A stretch of DNA of 64,000 bases from Caecitellus pseudoparvulus (Eukaryota > Protista > Bigyra: Bicosoecida). The translations under genes and the position numbers were made by a program. Of this stretch, positions 1-10,727 are shown in pieces (the stretch's first letter is position 1; each line of letters begins with the position of its first letter). The DNA is taken from the NCBI GenBank assembly GCA_965644315.1, contig CBFFRQ010000065.1:310001-374000 (forward strand), written 5' to 3'. The notes below the pieces were generated by a model. It had not been told where the DNA came from, ran no database searches, and saw only the letters and a program-made list of their open reading frames with translations.

Positions 1-666
1 CTGCCCGCGCCCGGCGCTTCCAAGACCTGGCGCCACATCATCAACCGACACGGCCTGCGTTTCATCTTCCTGCAGTCTGGGCGCCTGGGCGTGTTCTCCC
101 TCCCCGCCCTCCTCGTCCAGCTGGTGTCCTCGTTCGGCCTCATCGCAGTGTCTTCCGCCATCGTGCAGTTCCTGGCCTTCAACGTCTTGGCCATGCGCTT
201 CATCTACTCCCAGTACGCCACGGTCACATCGGTGGACTTCTCAGACATTGACCACATGGAGGCCAAGGAGCTCAAACGCTTCAAAAACCACGACCTCATC
301 AACCCCCGACCTGCCATCTTTGCCCGCATCATTAGCTTTGAGGAGCGCGCAGCCTCTGCAGCCGCAGCTGGCCGTCCGTTCACTGCAGAGCAAGAGGAGT
401 CCCTGCGCCATGCTGCGCAAGAGTCGAAACCTGTGTCTGTCGCGTCCCCCCTCTCCGAGCGGTCCATGTCTGGTTCCCGGACACCCTTGGAGTACGAGTC
501 AGGCGTCAGCGAAGACGAAGGCACCGGCCCAGCCCGACAGCCGTGGGCCTCCAGGGCTGCCAGGGCCTCGGCCGCCGTGGCTGGTCCACGCCGCATTTCG
601 AAGCAGAAAGGTGGCGTCAGCGAGCATTGGAGACCGACCGTCTTGAACAGGAGGGGTAAACCCTAA
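1..666 (+). CDS. P2X-receptor-like ATP-gated cation channel, C-terminal part (5'-truncated by window edge)
   Basis: Frame +1 is open from base 1: ...RHIINRHGLRFIFLQSGRLGVFSLPALLVQLVSSFGLIAVSSAIVQFLAFNVL...Y. This matches the RHG-x-R-x-x-F-x-Q-x-G-x-x-G-x-F + TM2 signature of protist (Dictyostelium/algal-type) P2X receptors. A low-complexity cytosolic tail follows. Confidence 0.8.
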   Translation: MPAPGASKTWRHIINRHGLRFIFLQSGRLGVFSLPALLVQLVSSFGLIAVSSAIVQFLAFNVLAMRFIYSQYATVTSVDFSDIDHMEAKELKRFKNHDLINPRPAIFARIISFEERAASAAAAGRPFTAEQEESLRHAAQESKPVSVASPLSERSMSGSRTPLEYESGVSEDEGTGPARQPWASRAARASAAVAGPRRISKQKGGVSEHWRPTVLNRRGKP

Positions 667-1019
667 GCGTGGCCGGGGACGTGCATGCATGGGCTGCGGG
701 CGTGACTGCACTTTTTGCGGCATTCACTCTGTTGTTGGTTGGGAGTGTGTTACAGTGCGCACGTTGCTCAAAGCAGGGGGAGCAGTTGTGCTCAGTGGCT
801 GGCGAGCGGGAGCAGTGAATGTGAGATTGAGTGCGGGAGCTATGGTTTGTAGCGCAGTGCGGCGTTCCTCGTCCTCTTCCTTGTGTGAACGCGGCAGGCA
901 GGGGCAGGCAGGCGAAGGTGTGCCAGCTCAGCCGCAGTTCTCCCGCACGCTCCAGGTCGAGGTCTGTCCAGCTCGGTGTGCGGTGGCTATGTGTGAACCC
1001 CTGTACAGGGGGGGTGTGT

Positions 1020-1061
1020 GGGCCATGCAGCGGTGCAGTCCAGGCAGGTGCGGCATTGTCA
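1020..1061 (+). promoter_or_regulatory. Conserved 42-nt upstream element of ankyrin gene A
   Basis: gggccatgcagcggtgcagtccaggcaggtgcggcattgtca matches 2931-2972 at 39/42 positions. Both copies begin 193 nt upstream of their ATG. A regulatory role is inferred. Confidence 0.45.
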
Positions 1062-1212
1062 TGACTGCGCCAAAATAAACACTCATATTCTTCCATTAAC
1101 AAAGCATCGAGTCACAAGTGCCCTTGGCATAGTTTCCTCGACCTCCCGCACGGCAGCGTCGGAGTGTATTTGTTGGCGCCAGCACTTGCGCTATCCACAA
1201 CCCCACCACGCC

Positions 1213-2592
1213 ATGGCTGCTGACAGCGACAGCCAGTCACATGTGACACGATGGGGAGCTGCATGCGAGAATGAGCAGGCAGACGTGCTGCTGAGCATGC
1301 TGGGGGAGTGTGGGGATGGAGTGGATGCGGAGCTGGGAGGGTTGTCAAGTGCTGACACAACTGCTGGCTTCACGGTTGCTTGCAAGACAGGGCACGCTGA
1401 GTTACTTCGTAGGTTGCTGGCGCTGGAGGGGGATGTGGCTGTGGACGTGCATGCTGGACCCGAGGGCGAGCCTGAGGCTGGCTTCCATGCTGCCTGTGTG
1501 AATGGGCACTTGGACGTGGTGCGCGAACTACTTGCTTTGAGTGGTGACCGCGAGGTGGATGTGCATGCTGTGCTGCGTGGCGCTCCAGATGCTGGCTTCC
1601 TACTCGCCTGCCAGCATGGCCATGTGGACGTGGTGCGCGAGTTGCTGGCTTTGGCCGGGCATCGCGAGGTGGACGTGCATGCTGGGCCCGAAGGCGAGCC
1701 TGAGGTTGGATTTCGGCTTGCGTGCTCGAGAGGCCACTTCGAGGTGGTGCGCGAGCTGCTAGCGCTGACAGGGCACCGTGAGGTGGATGTCCATGCTTTG
1801 AACGAGTTTGGCTTCGTACGTGCCTGTGCGAATGGCCATGTCGATGTTGTGCGCGAGCTGCTAGCGCTGACTGGGCATCGGGAGGTAAATGTGCATACCG
1901 GGCCTGGTGGCATGCCAGTCTTTGGTTTTCAACTTGCCTGTCAGAATGGACACATTGATGTGGTGCATGAGCTGCTGGCTCTGACAGGGCACCGAGAGGT
2001 GGACGTGCATGGCGCACTTGATGACAGGCCCGAGGCTAGCTTCTATCTTGCGTGCCAGAATGGCCATATTCATGTGGTGCGTGCGCTTCTTGCTCTGACT
2101 GGACATCGTGAGGTGGATGTGCATGCTGGGGCCGAGGGGCAGCCCGAAGAGGGTTTTCGACTTGCCTGTGAGAACGGCCACATCGATGTGGTGCGGGAGC
2201 TGCTGGCGCTGACAGGGCATCGCGAGGTGGACGTACATGCGAGGGACTGGGCTGGGCCTGAGTCTGCATTCCGCTTTGCCTGTCAGAATGGACATGTGGA
2301 AGTGGTGCGCACACTGCTTGCATTGGGTGGGCATCGCGAGGTGGACGTGCATGTTAAGTTCAGGCGCAGTCCAGAGGCTCCCTTCCAACTTGCCCGCTGC
2401 AACGGGCATGCTGATGTGCTGCGCGAGCTGCTGGGCCTCGTCGGCACCAGGTCCATTCCACTGCGCTCCCGGCTTCTCGCTGGTGATGTGGCAGCGCAAC
2501 CCGGGAAGGATGCCGTGTGGGCTGGTACCAGCACTCGACGGGGCCGGCATGCAGTGGTGCTGTTTCGGGCTGGACAGCAAGCACGCAAGTGA
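1213..2592 (+). CDS. Ankyrin-repeat protein A (459 aa, about 10 repeats of about 38 aa), single exon
   Basis: Repeated GFxxACxNGHxDVVRELLALxGxREVDVHA. The start at ATG 1213 (MAADSDSQ) is chosen because it is shared with the paralogue at 3124. Confidence 0.9.
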   Translation: MAADSDSQSHVTRWGAACENEQADVLLSMLGECGDGVDAELGGLSSADTTAGFTVACKTGHAELLRRLLALEGDVAVDVHAGPEGEPEAGFHAACVNGHLDVVRELLALSGDREVDVHAVLRGAPDAGFLLACQHGHVDVVRELLALAGHREVDVHAGPEGEPEVGFRLACSRGHFEVVRELLALTGHREVDVHALNEFGFVRACANGHVDVVRELLALTGHREVNVHTGPGGMPVFGFQLACQNGHIDVVHELLALTGHREVDVHGALDDRPEASFYLACQNGHIHVVRALLALTGHREVDVHAGAEGQPEEGFRLACENGHIDVVRELLALTGHREVDVHARDWAGPESAFRFACQNGHVEVVRTLLALGGHREVDVHVKFRRSPEAPFQLARCNGHADVLRELLGLVGTRSIPLRSRLLAGDVAAQPGKDAVWAGTSTRRGRHAVVLFRAGQQARK

Positions 2593-2930
2593 GCGTTAGC
2601 TGCCCCGGACAAGCTCGGCAGGCGGCTCTTCTGGTGAGAAGGCGCCACGATGCGGGTGAGAGGGGCACCTGGCACGGGGTCGGCAATGCAGCATGCAGCA
2701 CATGGTGTGTGTGTTGGGGCTGGTGCGATCGGCGCAGTGGCGTGCTTCTTTGAGCGGCGAGGCAGGGCATGGTGCAGGCCTCCCAGTCAGGCAGTGACAC
2801 CATCGTGACGGGCAGTGCATGGGCGCGGCTGGTGGGGGTGTAAGGGAGGTATGGGTGTCTGGGCGAGGTCGGCACTGCACGCCTTGGGGTCGCTGTGTGT
2901 GTGGGCCCGTGTACGATTGGGAGGGCGCTT

Positions 2931-2972
2931 GGGCCAGGCAGCGATGCAGTCCAGGCAGGTGCGGCATTTTCA
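2931..2972 (+). promoter_or_regulatory. Conserved 42-nt upstream element of ankyrin gene B
   Basis: Counterpart of 1020-1061, at the same 1911-nt offset as the two ATGs. Confidence 0.45.
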
Positions 2973-3123
2973 GGGCTTTGCCGAAGCTGATGTGCACCTC
3001 TGCATTGTGCATTCTTGATTGCATCTCAAGTACACTTTGGATAGTGTCCTTGACCGCATAAATAGTAGCGAAGGCGAGTAAGTCAGCGAGAGTGACGAGA
3101 GCGGAAACTGAGGCCACCACGCC

Positions 3124-4293
3124 ATGGCTGCTGACAGCGACAGCCAGTCACATGTGACACGATGGGGAGCTGCATGCGAGAATGAGCAGGCAGACGTGCT
3201 GCTGAGCATGTTGGAGGAGTGTGGGGATGGTGTGGATGCGGAGCTGGGAGGGTTGTCAAGTGCTGACACAACTGCTGGCTTCACGGTTGCTTGCAAGACA
3301 GGGCACGCTGAGTTACTTCGTAGGTTGCTGGGGCTGGAGGGGGATGTTGCTGTGGACGTGCATGCTGTGCAAGAGGGTAGGCCTGAGTATGGTTTCTGGC
3401 TTGCGTGTGAGAACGGTCACGCCGCTGTGGTTTGCGAGCTGCTGGCTCTGACAGGCGATCGAGAGATTAACGTACATGCTGGACGAGGGGGAAGCTCCGA
3501 GGCTTGCTTCAACGTGGCCTGTATGAATGGTCATGTGGGCGTGGTGCGCGAGCTTCTCGCTCTGACTGGGCATCGCGAGGTGGACGTACATGTCGGTATT
3601 GGGAGCGGTTTAACGGGTTGGCCTGATGTAGGCTTCTGGCTGGCCTGCACGAATGGGCATGTTGATGTGCTGCGTGAGCTGTTGGCGCTGACAGGGGATC
3701 GAGAAATCGATGTGCACACTGGGCCAATAGGTAGCCCTGAGGCTGGCTTCCAGTCAGCCTGTAGCAAGGGACATCTAGAAGTGGTGCGAGAGCTGCTGGC
3801 GCTGACGGGAGATCGTGAGGTGGATGTGCATGCTGGGGACCAGCATAGACCTGAGGAAGGTTTCCGGACTGCTTGTGAGAATGGGCACTTGGATGTGGTG
3901 CGCGAACTGTTGGCTCTTGGTGGGCATCGTGAGGTGGACGTGCACGCGGAGCTGCAGGGCATCCCTGAGGCTGGCTTCCGGCTTGCTTGTCAAAACGGGC
4001 ATGTGGGTGTGGTGCGCGAGCTGCTGGCATTGAGTGGGCATCGTGCCGTATACGTACATGCTGGAGACTGGTGTGGGGCTGGGAAAGGATTCGATTTTGC
4101 TTGTGAAAATGGGCACATTGATGTGCTGCGCGAGCTGCTGGGCCTCGTCGGCCCACGGTCAATCCCACTTCGCTCCCGGCTCCAGGCCGGGCAGATGGTT
4201 GTCCAGCCTGCCAAGGACGCAGTGTGGTCCGGCACTAGCACTCGGCGAGGGCGATCAACGGTAGTGCTGATGCGGACAGGCCAGTACGTCTAA
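3124..4293 (+). CDS. Ankyrin-repeat protein B (389 aa, about 8 repeats), tandem paralogue of A
   Basis: Same N-cap as A, same repeat framework, similar C-cap (SIPLRSRL...KDAVWxGTSTRRGR). Confidence 0.9.
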   Translation: MAADSDSQSHVTRWGAACENEQADVLLSMLEECGDGVDAELGGLSSADTTAGFTVACKTGHAELLRRLLGLEGDVAVDVHAVQEGRPEYGFWLACENGHAAVVCELLALTGDREINVHAGRGGSSEACFNVACMNGHVGVVRELLALTGHREVDVHVGIGSGLTGWPDVGFWLACTNGHVDVLRELLALTGDREIDVHTGPIGSPEAGFQSACSKGHLEVVRELLALTGDREVDVHAGDQHRPEEGFRTACENGHLDVVRELLALGGHREVDVHAELQGIPEAGFRLACQNGHVGVVRELLALSGHRAVYVHAGDWCGAGKGFDFACENGHIDVLRELLGLVGPRSIPLRSRLQAGQMVVQPAKDAVWSGTSTRRGRSTVVLMRTGQYV

Positions 4294-4582
4294 GTACGCG
4301 CAGAGTGCAGAGCAATACTGTGGTCATCGATGTACCACATCGAGTTGGATATGCATCTCCACCACCGCTGGTGTTCGTTCGAATCGTGCTAAAATGTCAG
4401 GACAACTTCAGTCGGTTTGTGTCTTTGGATTGCTGAGCATACAGGCCAACACTATACTCTGGAACCATTGGCTGAGGGATCAGTGCCTGATTGCATTGCC
4501 CATGCCACTGCAGCTATGTGTGCATTGCACGATGGGATCTGGGCCCACAGGTAGGACAGGAAGGGGCGCTTCCCACCCCACG

Positions 4583-7500
4583 CTACTCTGCGGCTTTGGC
4601 CCGGCGGTGCCGATCTGCCCTCGTTTGCACAGAGACCAAGAATCGCATGAGCCACTGTGCCACAAGCCATGCAAGGCGATGGGGGCACCCCCTCCACACA
4701 GCAGCCGGCAGCTCCGTTACAGCTGCGTGGTCCAGGCTGCCTTTGTGCTGCGTCTTTGCCGCTGCAGCGAAGACCCGGCGACGGCTGTACGGCATGGAGG
4801 CGTCGCCATCCACAGCTCGCTGCCCCAGGGCCCTGTGCGTGGCGGCAATTGTGGCAGGCTGTGTGAGTTCTGCCCGGCCGCCGTAAACTACACCATGCTG
4901 CTGCGTCCACGCCTTGGCGAGCTCGTCCAGCGCGTTGACGGCGTCTTCCTCAGCGAGGCCGGGGCGCACACGGGCCAGCTCCATGAGCGTCACCTCGCAC
5001 CGGGTGCCTCGGAGCAGGTGCTGCACTTTGCTCCACGTGGGGTCTTCGGAGCCAATGGCGAGGGCGATGACCACTGCCGCCATGACCGTGTCACGGCCCG
5101 GCGCGGGCTGGCGCCGGAAGGACTTGATGTCCCACGTCTCCAGGAACAGCAGGCCCAGGCGTGCGCGGTCCAGACAGTGGTTTGCCCGGGACTGGCGGCC
5201 CAGACCGTCCACCCACACGTCGCGCATGGGCTGCCCAGCGGAACGGGTGGCCGCTTCCAGTGCCTTGCGCTGCTTGGCCCGGCTGCGGCTGTACACCAGC
5301 CCCACTTTCCGCGCTTGGTGGACGCGGCTTCGCGCACGCCAGGCAGCTGCCCGCAAGCCCGCCCTAAAGCAGCAGGCAGTGACAGGGTCCACTTGGGCCT
5401 TCAGGAGGGGGTCGGGACCGGCGGCAGCGCGGGGCACCTTGACGCCAGGCCAAGCTGTGGCGACGAGCCCGCCGCTCTCCTCGGTCCCGTCAGCCAGGGT
5501 GGGCAGCGCGGCGGTGCTGTGAGTAGTCTCGGCGGCTTCCTTGCCACCCTCCGCAGCAGTGGTGGAGAGGCGGGCGTTGGCGCGGGCAAAGGCGGCGATG
5601 TTGCCGACATCGAGGACAGGCCCAGTGGGTGACTTGCCGTGAGGGTCGCTGGCTTGGCCTGCCGCGTGGGCTTGCAGGGCGTGCTTGTAGCCTTCTCCGG
5701 AGGCGAGGACGGAGGCAGGGAGGGGCAGGGCGGCGGCTGGTCGGTCGTCACTGGAGACGAGGGAGATGAGCCACCGGACGAGGGTTGCAAGCGTGCTGCC
5801 CATGCGCTGCACCTTTTCCCGTGTCAGGTTCCGCAGGCGGCGTGAAGCCAGGAGGGCCAGGATGACAAAACGCTGCCGGGATGAAAGGGCGAGTCGGTGC
5901 ACCCTCGCCAGGCGCGTCTTGAGCACGTTGGGCGCCCGCAGCATGGCACGACTGCGTGCCGAGCAGGGAACCACTGACAGCAGAATGCACAAGGCAGCGC
6001 TGACCAGAACCAGCTCCGGAACAGTGGCTGGAAGCACAGCCAGGGCGGACAGGTGCCCGTCGGGCAGGTCCAGCACCGCGGACCGTGCCAGGTCAAAGGG
6101 CAGGGGCAGCACCTCCGCACTGGCAGAAGCTGACAAGCTGGCGCCTGTGTCTGCCTCACTTTGTGCCGCTTCCTGGTCTGCTGCCTTAGCTTGCTCCAGG
6201 ACGGCCAGGGCGTCTTCCGCCACACCTTCCGTGTCGCCATCCTCGGCTGGGCGGGCGTAGAAGGTCTTGTGCGCGTCCATGGGCCCAGGAGCCCGCCCCC
6301 GCTGCTGCGGGCTGTCAGCGCCGGCTCGTGGAGTCTCCAAGCCACTCACCTCCACGACTTGGGCGCCTGTCGCTGAGATGAGATCTTGCCAGCCGGCCGG
6401 GCCCATGGACTTGCCACCGACGTGCGCGGAGCCGCCCCGCGTCACCATGCCGCTCTTGCCCGGGTGCATGCTGGTAGCGCGCGTGGCGACACGCTTCACG
6501 GCGTCAGTGGTGTCTCGGTCCATGGTGCCGGCTCGAGACAGTGCCTTCAAGTGCCGGGCAGCTTTCTTGGCTTGCACGAAGGAGTCGATGCGCAGGCGCA
6601 TGGCAGTGGGCACGACGAGGCCCTTGGCGGCCATGGCTTCCTCCACATTGACAGGCGTGTCGGAGGCAGTGGCGGCGGCGACGATGTCCGCTGCCGTCGC
6701 GGCGGCTTCCTCGGGGCGCTTGTACCCCATCATGCGGAAGTTGTCCACGACATCGTCGGTGAAGAACTCGGCTGCAATGTCCAGGACAGGCCCCGTGGCG
6801 CCCCCTGCGGACGTCCACGAGGCGGTGAGAATGCACCACGTGTGTAGATGCCGCAGAGAGGTTTGCAGTGCCGCCCAGTCTTCCTCTGCAAGGCCGGCTG
6901 GCGCGTCCATTCCAGTGGCAAGGACATCTGCGTCGGGGTCGGCGGCCCCCCCCAGGTCGTCCAGGGTGAAGGCGGAGGTGATGCTGCGCATCTTGCCGCC
7001 GTGGCGGGGGTGTCGTTTCAAGATCTCTCGGGCTGTGCGCTGGGCACGCCGGGACAGCATGCTGGGGTGTACCTGGCACAGGCGCTGTGCGAAGCCAGGC
7101 TTGCGCACCATGCTCTTGGCCATGGCGAGCGATGGTTTTGGCACTTCCAGCAGGGTGCACAGAGCTGCGACGACGGAGGTCAGGCCCATGTCAGCGCGCT
7201 TGATCCGCTTCCACGCGGCCCAGCCGCCTGGCGGCACGCGTCGAATGTTTTCCCTCACAGCTTCGTAGTGCTCGTCACTGAGTTTCTCCAGGAGGGCAGT
7301 GGAGCGTGGGCTCACGGCACCAGTGCCCCGTGCACTGCGCCGGGAACGCGCAGAGCCAGGGCGGCTGCCGACGCTTCCTGCAGAACCCGGACGCGGAGAG
7401 TGGGCGTCCATGACGTCAAAAGGGACGACGGAGGCGTCGCCTGGTGCCTGGCGTTTTGCGGGCTGCTCCACATCAACGCTGGGGCGAGCAGTTGCTGTGG

Positions 7501-10500
7501 GCTGGGAACCGTCTCGCCGCCTCGTACCGGGCTTGTCCTTGCCGCTGCGGCCGTGCTTGGTGTCCACCCGCAGCAAACCCATCCGGGCCATTTCGCGGGG
7601 AGTTCGGGGAACAGGCTTCGGCTGTTCCTCCTCTCCTTTCCCTTCCTCGGCGGAGGGCTCACGCGGCGTGATGTCTCGCTCGCCATCGTCGTCCTTGCCG
7701 CCGCCTGAGTCGGCCCCTGGATCACGACCGGCGGCCTCGGCAAGCGTCGCACCATCCCCTCTTCCCCGGAAGGTGACTTGCCTGCCCGCATGGGCCAGGG
7801 CTGCTGGTGGGGCTGCCCGTCCGCGGACAGCTCCTGGTTCAGGCGCTGCATCCTCTTCGCCTGAGGAGCCACCTTCCTCAGCCACCCCCCCACTTGCCCC
7901 TTCCCCGGCACTGGACTCCTCCTGAGCGTCCACCTCCTCCACTGTGCCTTCCCGCCCATCATCATCTCGTATCAAGTGCACGTTCAGGCGGTATCGCCCC
8001 GTGTCAGACGTGGTCGATTCAGACTCCACGCCTGGCGTGGGAGCCCGACCGGGCAGCTGATCGGCCCCTCCTTCCCCTGGCCTGGCAGCCTGGCTGCTGG
8101 CGGCACGAGGGGGCACGCCGCTGTCATCTGCCAGCCGAGCCGCCTCCCGCCGCTGGGCAGCAGTGGGTGACGGCGCAGAAAGGGGCCGCCGTCGGCCTTC
8201 TGACGACGAGCTCAGCGTGGCCATAGGCCGAGACTCTGCCGAGTCCAGTGACTGGTGCCTGTGGCTGCTGGCCAGTGGGAAAGTTTCATCACGGTCTGGC
8301 GACTCCTCCTGCGCAAAGCGCTCCTGCTGGCGCGCCCCCTCAGGCGAAGAAGCATCACGAGGCTGAGCATCAGAAGTTCTTCTGACCGCCCCTGGGCTGG
8401 AGGGAGAGGTGCCTTCCTGAGGCACGCCACGGAGCGTGGGGGGGCGCAAGGTGGCTGCCAGAGCGGCTTCAGCGTCCACGGCTGCCGCCACAGCGCTGGG
8501 AGGCGCGGTCTGGTGCAAAGGAATGCTCCACACCAGCGCCAGCGCCCAGCGATGCAACAGGTCCATCATGCCAACTGCGGCAACGTGCCGGTGTCGTCGC
8601 ACGTCCACGTCCTTGGATGCCAGCAGCACCATGGGGGACATGCTGCGCAAGGCGCTGGCGAGAAACTTGACGCTGCGCCGGAAGTCTCGCTGCCAGCTCT
8701 CTGCAGACATGCCCCCAGCCATTCCGGGTCCGGGCTTGGCACCCCCCCCGCCTCCCCCGCTGGCAGAGTCCCCCGCCGTCAGCAGGTCTGCCATGAGTGG
8801 CGCGTGCAGTGGGTGCTTCAGCAGGATGATCTGGGCGGTGTGTCGGCCCAAGGACAGGTCATCGGCGCCGTCTTGCACGTCCTGCAAGATGTCTTGCAAG
8901 GCACCCGTCTTGCCCAGGCTGCACAGGGCTCGCCACGTGCCCTTGCGCCCACACAGCGCACACACAGCCTGCATGACGGGCACAATGTGGGGGTCCTCGT
9001 TCAGGTGGGTGCTAGCATGGTCCAGAGCCAGCCCCATCACGCCGGGAGGCGTGTGGAGCAACATGCTGGAGATGCGGTTGGCGGGCATGCCGTCTCCGAC
9101 ACCCTTCGCACCCCCCGCAGCCTTGTCAGCCTGGCCAGCAGGCTGACTTGGGGCGTCGACGCCACCGCTGCTTGCGTGCTGGGTTGGGCTGGCTTTCCCA
9201 AGCACGCCCGCGCTGCCTTTGGGCTCGTGTGATGTCGGGACATCCTTGCCAGCTGGCGTAGAGTCAGCCTCGGGGGCATCTTTGGTGGGAGCCTGCTCCG
9301 CCTCTGCCTGTGCGTCTGGCGTGGAAGTGGCGCCGAGGGCAGATGCTGGAGAAGGCCCCACGCCGGGGTCGGTCTGGCCTGACGGGGACGGGCCGCCCAC
9401 CTCGTGGGATGGCACGATCGTCGCTGGGACGAGCCGGCCTGACGGCGTGCGGTACAAGACCATGGGTGCAGTGGACGCAGGCAAGGGCTCGGCCCTGTAC
9501 ATGTGCCAGTCATCACCGCCCTTATCAGGCTCCCCATACCCCATTCCACTCACATCCCACGGCACGGCACCTCCATCGGGCACGAAATAACTGTGCTCCA
9601 GGGGGGGCGCTGTAGCTGGGCGGGGCGGTGAGCCATGGGGATGTGGCATGTCCAGACGGCCTGGAGTATAGGAGCTGTCCAGGTCTGGGTATGCAGCCCG
9701 GTAGGGAGACCCAGGTGCGCGGGTTCGCGGCATGGTGCGTCGGTGTGCGTCGCCTGGGGAAGGGCCGGGTCCCTCACCGCTGCTGTCTCCATCAGTCCAC
9801 TCGTGCGGGTTCTCTGCTCCATGGACTGGCTGGCGGGCAGCTGAGCGGCTCTTTGCTCGTCTGGGCGAACTGGCTCGCCCCTTGTGCAGCCGACTAGACT
9901 TGCGGCCTTGCGCTTTGGCCTCCGTCGCCCCCTTGCCGCGGCGCTTCTTGCTGTGCCTCGACTTGGAGCGGCGCTTGCTGGACGAGCTCCCGGCAGGGGC
10001 AGAGCTGGGCCCACTTGCCTTGCCCTTTGAACCTGCTGTCGCGTGCACTTCCAGCCCTGCATCTCCGCTGCGGAGCGGCAGGTGCCGGCCATGTCTGTGC
10101 AGGTGGGGATGTGTAGTGCACTCCGTGCCGTGCGCCGCGTCAGTGTGCCCGCTCTCGACAAACGTACGCTGGGTTCACACCCTCTTGTCCGCCCTGATCA
10201 GGGCGAGCGGAGGCGTCCAGGTCAGCGAGGGCGTCTGCGACGCGCTGCCTGTCCAGCTCACGCCGGCGCTCCATGGCCATGGCCTGGTCAGCCGCAGCTG
10301 CGCTGTACACGCTGTCCGCAGCAGCATATCGTTGCACCGAGCCCAAGTTGTCAGGGGCGTTCACGACGAAGCTGCCTTCGTAGTCTGTGCGTGCGGGGCG
10401 GTCTGCCCTGGACCACCTGCTTGTAGCGTGAGGGTCAGCGGTGGCACCAGACACGCCAAGATCTGTGCGCCCAGAAGGCAGGCGGCCGGAGAGGGGCCTA

Positions 10501-10727
10501 AAGACAGGAGATCCTCGTCCAAAACGACCTGCCCTGCTGCCAGGCGACGTGAGGACAGGGGCTGCCTCCTGTGCATGTGCGGAGGGGGTGGGCTGTTGGA
10601 GATGGTAGGTTTCAGGCTCTGCAATGCACACGCGGTGGCAGCGCCAGCCAGCACGCTACGCAGAAGCCCCTGCGCCTAACCGCGAGGCACACACCTGCGG
10701 CATGTGAGGAGCTCGATGTGATGCCAT
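4583..10727 (-). CDS. Large (about 2000 aa) largely disordered protein with four degenerate dynein stalk-tip MTBD-like modules and no motor domain
   Basis: 1821-aa ORF 4583-10048, extended by a GT-AG intron (about 10100-10168) to the exon encoding ...MERRRELDRQRVADAL...; a possible first exon starts at ATG 10727 (MASHRAPHMPQ, uncertain). Modules such as LDLPDGHLSALAVLPATVPELVLVSAALCILL...TREKVQRMGSTLATLVRWLI resemble the dynein MTBD consensus. Confidence 0.7.

Noticed and set aside
1018-1212. 65-codon N-terminal extension of ankyrin gene A in the ORF track
   Set aside because: It starts at a non-ATG codon, and the paralogue has stops in the equivalent region. High identity between the copies begins just before ATG 1213/3124.
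4327-4343. Small inverted repeat tcgatgt-acc-acatcga after ankyrin gene B
   Set aside because: A 7-bp stem is within chance expectation and has no supporting context.
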